This document shows, piece after piece, positions 51,190-54,558 of a stretch of 54,558 nucleotides of DNA (the stretch's first letter is position 1; each line of letters starts with the position of its first letter). A model generated the notes under the pieces. That model had not been told where the DNA came from, made no database searches, and saw only the letters and a program-made list of their open reading frames with translations. The stretch lies in assembly GCA_964449585.1 (NCBI GenBank), contig CAYUZE010000003.1, forward strand, positions 76,385-130,942. The letters run 5' to 3'. Made by a program: the position numbers and the translations under genes. The DNA comes from an uncultured Gammaproteobacteria bacterium (lineage in GTDB: Bacteria; Patescibacteriota; Microgenomatia; UBA10105; UBA927).

Positions 51190-52110
51190 ATGATAGATCC
51201 GAATTTTGCAATAAAAACAGAGGTGGACAAACCCGGATACGGGATGTTTGTCATCGAACCGTTGGAACAGGGATACGGTCACACGCTCGGCAACAGCCTT
51301 CGCCGTGTGCTTTTGGCGTCTCTTCCCGGATCGTCCATTACTTCCATTAAAATCGGCGGCGTTGCGCATCAGTTCTCCACGCTTGCGGGTCTTAAAGAAG
51401 ATATCGTCGAACTTATTTTGAATCTTAAAAAGGTACGTCTGGCCGTCGCAACGGGAGAGAGTGCGGTCATCAAGCTTTCCAAAAAAGGAGCGGGTGTCGT
51501 TACCGCGGGCGATTTTGAGGTTCCCGCAGGAGTTACGATCGTCAATCCTGACCTTATTATCGCAAACCTTACCGACAAAAAAGCCGAGCTCGATCTTGAG
51601 GCATCGGTAGAAACAGGGTACGGCTACGTACAGGCGGATGAACGCCATGTTGATGAAGTGGGCCGAATACCCATGGATTCGTTGTTCAGTCCGGTCGTTC
51701 GTGTGAACTACCGTGTTGATGCTACCCGTGTCGGACGCATGACGAACCTTGATAAGCTCGTTATGGAAATCTGGACGGATGAAACAATCAGCCCGCTTGC
51801 CGCTTTGAAGAGTGCCGCAAAGGTGCTTGTTTCCTACTTTATGCAAGTCTATGAACCGAAGGCAAAAATGTCTGACGAAACGGTAGCGGTCGCCCCGTCC
51901 GTTTCCGATGAAGTGCTCAAAATGCGTATCGAGGAACTTGATATCCCGACCCGCATCGTCAACGCACTTGCCCGCGGCAGTATCGAAACCATCGGCCAGT
52001 TGCTTGGGACCCCCCGCACTGAGCTTATGAAGATCAAAAATCTTGGAGCAAAATCACTTTCCATCGTTGAAGACAAGCTTCGCGAAAAGGGAGTGACAAT
52101 CTCCGTCTAA
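51190..52110 (+). CDS. rpoA: RNA polymerase alpha subunit
   Basis: EPLEQGYGHTLGNSLRRVLL, alpha-CTD IEELDIP.R..N.L. Confidence 0.98.
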   Translation: MIDPNFAIKTEVDKPGYGMFVIEPLEQGYGHTLGNSLRRVLLASLPGSSITSIKIGGVAHQFSTLAGLKEDIVELILNLKKVRLAVATGESAVIKLSKKGAGVVTAGDFEVPAGVTIVNPDLIIANLTDKKAELDLEASVETGYGYVQADERHVDEVGRIPMDSLFSPVVRVNYRVDATRVGRMTNLDKLVMEIWTDETISPLAALKSAAKVLVSYFMQVYEPKAKMSDETVAVAPSVSDEVLKMRIEELDIPTRIVNALARGSIETIGQLLGTPRTELMKIKNLGAKSLSIVEDKLREKGVTISV

Positions 52111-52115
52111 TACTT

Positions 52116-52610
52116 ATGAAGCACGGGTACTTTGGTCGCAAACTGGGAAGAAATAAAGATGAACGGCGCAGGTTGTTCATGATACTGACACGATCGCTTA
52201 TCGGATCGGGTCGGGTTCGTACCACGCTTGCGAAAGCAAAGGCGATTCAGCCGATGGTTGAAAAGCTTATCACCAAAGCAAAATCCGGTGAATCAGGTGC
52301 ACTTCGCAAGGCATCCATGGTGCTTGCAGACATTGATTCTTATAAAAAACTGCTTGCGATGGCAAAAGAGCGATTTGCCAAACGAACAAGCGGCTATACA
52401 CGGATCGTCAAGCTCGGCACCCGATTAGGAGATGCATCGGAAATGGTATATTTGGAATTTGTCGATAGCGCTCCCGTCGTCGAAAAGCCGAAGAAGCCGG
52501 CAACAAAGAAGGGTGAAAAGGAAATTCAGGAAGCGGAAGTAGTGACGGAAGAACCGAAAGCGCCCGCAAAAAAAGCAAAAACTGAAAAAAAAGTAAAAGC
52601 GGATAAATAA
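52116..52610 (+). CDS. rplQ: 50S protein L17 with a Lys/Glu-rich C-terminal tail
   Basis: RKLGR, TT.AKAK, GYTRIVKLG.R.GD. Confidence 0.97.
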   Translation: MKHGYFGRKLGRNKDERRRLFMILTRSLIGSGRVRTTLAKAKAIQPMVEKLITKAKSGESGALRKASMVLADIDSYKKLLAMAKERFAKRTSGYTRIVKLGTRLGDASEMVYLEFVDSAPVVEKPKKPATKKGEKEIQEAEVVTEEPKAPAKKAKTEKKVKADK

Positions 52611-52611
52611 T

Positions 52612-53031
52612 ATGAACACTACCAAAGCAACCCAAGCAAGCAAAATTAACAGAGTCTGGCACCTTGTGGATGCAAAAGACAAGGTTTTGGGACGAGTCGC
52701 CGTCGAAATTGCCGCGAAGTTGATCGGTAAGTCCAAACCGTATTTTGTGCGCAATTTGGACTGCGGAGATTTTGTGGTCGTTATCAATGCAAAGGAAGTA
52801 AAAGTGACGGGGCATAAGGAAAAGGAAAAACTTTACACTCGTTACTCGGGATTTCCGGGCGGACTTAAGACAAAAGCGCTCTGGCAGATGCGGGAGGAAA
52901 AGCCCACCGATATCATCCGCCGTGCGGTGATGGGAATGCTTCCCAAAAACAAATTGAGAAACCGGATGATCACGAGACTCCATATTTCGGCTGATGCAAC
53001 ACATAATTTTGCCAGTAAATTTAATCAATAA
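52612..53031 (+). CDS. rplM: 50S protein L13
   Basis: WHLVDA...LGR.A, DCGDFVVVINA, GMLPKN. Confidence 0.98.
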   Translation: MNTTKATQASKINRVWHLVDAKDKVLGRVAVEIAAKLIGKSKPYFVRNLDCGDFVVVINAKEVKVTGHKEKEKLYTRYSGFPGGLKTKALWQMREEKPTDIIRRAVMGMLPKNKLRNRMITRLHISADATHNFASKFNQ

Positions 53032-53036
53032 CTATT

Positions 53037-53495
53037 ATGGAAGAAGATACAAACCAAACAAAAACAACATATTATGAAGCGGTCGGTCGTCGGAAGAACG
53101 CTACCGCACGGGTGCGACTATACGTGGTCAAAGAGGAGTCGGTTGTTATCAACGGGACGACGGTTGCCAAGGGCGATATGATCGTCAACGGCAGACCCGC
53201 TGATGCGTATTTCCCCGGTGAAATCGACAAAAAAGTATATCTTGAACCGTTTCGCACCACTAACACGATTGGTAGATTTGCCGTCAGCGTCCATACGACG
53301 GGCGGTGGTCTCGCAGGACAGCTCGGCGCGACCTTACAGGGAATTTCCCGAGCGCTCGAAAAGACGGACAAAGAGAAGTTCCGCCCGATCTTGAAGAAAC
53401 GCGGATTCATGACGCGTGATTCCAGAAAGAAACAACGCATTAAGGCAGGATTCGCGCATAAAGCACGTGCCCGCAAACAATCGCCGAAGCGATAA
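53037..53495 (+). CDS. rpsI: 30S protein S9
   Basis: GRRKNATARVR, GGGL.GQ, TRD.R, KAR...Q.PKR. Confidence 0.98.
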   Translation: MEEDTNQTKTTYYEAVGRRKNATARVRLYVVKEESVVINGTTVAKGDMIVNGRPADAYFPGEIDKKVYLEPFRTTNTIGRFAVSVHTTGGGLAGQLGATLQGISRALEKTDKEKFRPILKKRGFMTRDSRKKQRIKAGFAHKARARKQSPKR

Positions 53496-53502
53496 GGTAG
53501 TT

Positions 53503-53566
53503 TCGGGACGGAAACGAGGTTTCCTTCCCGACGTGGCGGCAGGCAATGCCTGCGGAAAACCGCCAC
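53503..53566. repeat. Two adjacent GC-rich hairpins between convergent rpsI and trmH (possible terminator region)
   Basis: tcggga.ggaaac-gag-gtttcc.tcccga and gtggcg/gcaggc-aat-gcctgc/cgccac, followed by a pyrimidine tract. Confidence 0.55.
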
Positions 53567-53645
53567 TGCTCTTCTTTCCTTTTATAACGCGGATATCCTA
53601 TCGGTCAGGAAGTGGCACTGCTCTTTTTCCCTCAACATGAATGTG

Positions 53646-54239
53646 CTATTTTTTGGCGCGTTCCAAGAAATCTTCAAGAAGTGCTTGTTGTGCGTTTGGG
53701 GAAAGTTTCAACGGCGTGCCAGAGTGCACCCGTTGGTTCGTTATCTCCCATAAAAGAATCGCCGCGGCTACCGAGACATTGAGGCTTTGCACAAAGCCCT
53801 GCATGGGAATTTTCAGCACGACGTCCGCGTTTTTCAACATCGTGTCAGATACGCCCGCGTGTTCATTGCCGACGACCAGGGCAATCGGCGTTTTTGGATC
53901 ATGATACCGTTCAAGGGAAACGGCGGTATCCGAAAGCGAGGAAACAACGATGCGATACTCTTCCTTCTTCAGCGCTTCAATGCATGCCAAAGAGGAAGAA
54001 AAGGTTTTGAAATCCAACCATTTATTGGCACTTGAACTGGTGGCTTTCCCGATCCGTTTCGGATTGTATGATGCTTCTTTTTCGAAAATAAACCATACGT
54101 GTTGAATGCCCATTGCGTCACAGGTGCGCAGAATTGCCGCGGCATTATGCGGGTCATGGATGTCTTCAAGCACGACAATCACTCCTGACTGGCGATTATT
54201 GATGACGTTTGTTATTCGCTCAATTCTGCGTTGTTGCAT
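53646..54239 (-). CDS. trmH: tRNA (Gm18) 2'-O-methyltransferase, SpoU/TrmH family
   Basis: HDPHNAAAILRTCDAMG, VGNEHAG, IPMQG.VQSLNVSVA; the ORF-track N-terminus runs into the tRNA, so the start was moved to 54239. Confidence 0.9.
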   Translation of the reverse strand: MQQRRIERITNVINNRQSGVIVVLEDIHDPHNAAAILRTCDAMGIQHVWFIFEKEASYNPKRIGKATSSSANKWLDFKTFSSSLACIEALKKEEYRIVVSSLSDTAVSLERYHDPKTPIALVVGNEHAGVSDTMLKNADVVLKIPMQGFVQSLNVSVAAAILLWEITNQRVHSGTPLKLSPNAQQALLEDFLERAKK

Positions 54240-54409
54240 GTATATAAGTATACGGTATACGGAGTCTCCTGTGTGTGCCCACATCTTACGACGAATATCG
54301 TGCGGTGGGGGATAAAATTGAGGACGACCGCAGGTTGCCGATGTATTCGCCGGGGCGATCCCGCTAAGCGGGACGACCGTACAACCACGCATCACCGTTA
54401 AATAGTTTG

Positions 54410-54482
54410 TCGGGGCGACACGATTTGAACGTGCGACCACACGACCCCCAGCCGTGTGCTCTACCAACTGAGCTACGCCCCG
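54410..54482 (-). tRNA. tRNA-Pro(GGG), CCA not encoded
   Basis: Reverse complement folds as CGGGGCG/CGCCCCG acceptor stem, GCTC/GAGC D-arm, loop CT-GGG-GG, T-loop TTCAAAT; followed by CAA. Confidence 0.95.
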
Positions 54483-54558
54483 TCTTCGTAATTCGGACCT
54501 TTTTTCACTTTGGGACGAAACCTACGGTTTCTTCCCAACGATCTTCCTTTAAGCGGAA

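Noticed and set aside
53496-53645. rpsI-trmH spacer as SRP RNA or another known ncRNA
   Set aside because: No SRP helix-8 motif recognised; the hairpins are adequately explained as termination structures
53646-54467. 273-aa version of trmH from the ORF track
   Set aside because: The first 76 codons overlap tRNA-Pro and its trailer; homology and a -10 box point to ATG 54239

Overview
Core-genome window of a CPR/Patescibacteria bacterium, most likely of the Microgenomates group (inference). Supporting signs are the absence of rpmD/L30 between rpsE and rplO, an N-terminally shortened L2, and largely SD-less r-protein starts; TGA is used as a stop, so the genetic code is 11. Positions 1-12.8 kb hold accessory genes: an AT-rich DUF2075 nuclease-helicase, an orphan receiver domain, a membrane trypsin-like protease, an M29 aminopeptidase, DUF2130, a stand-alone topoisomerase zinc-ribbon protein, a cyclophilin, a cupin, a PD-(D/E)XK nuclease and TspO. 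These are followed by rpoB-rpoC-rpsL-rpsG and a ~7 kb insert that splits the str operon (AlkA, ThpR, a GSDH-type dehydrogenase, DipZ plus thioredoxin, XRE, and a TipA/Mta-type MerR regulator). Next come fusA-tuf-rpsJ, the S10/spc block through secY-adk-map, and a ~5.8 kb insert of three alkaline-phosphatase-superfamily genes. The window ends with the infA/alpha block, rplM-rpsI, trmH and tRNA-Pro(GGG). The most unusual signals are regulatory. Terminator-like hairpin/U-tracts lie inside the 5' leaders of rpoB, fusA and rplC, while convergent gene ends leave no room for terminators. Accessory genes are near-leaderless. The TipA-like gene has an intact operator and an internal SD-led second start. 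RNA polymerase has a non-canonical trigger loop and a heavily substituted rifampicin pocket. No CRISPR array, rRNA or transposase was seen. Family assignments come from motif recognition, not database searches.
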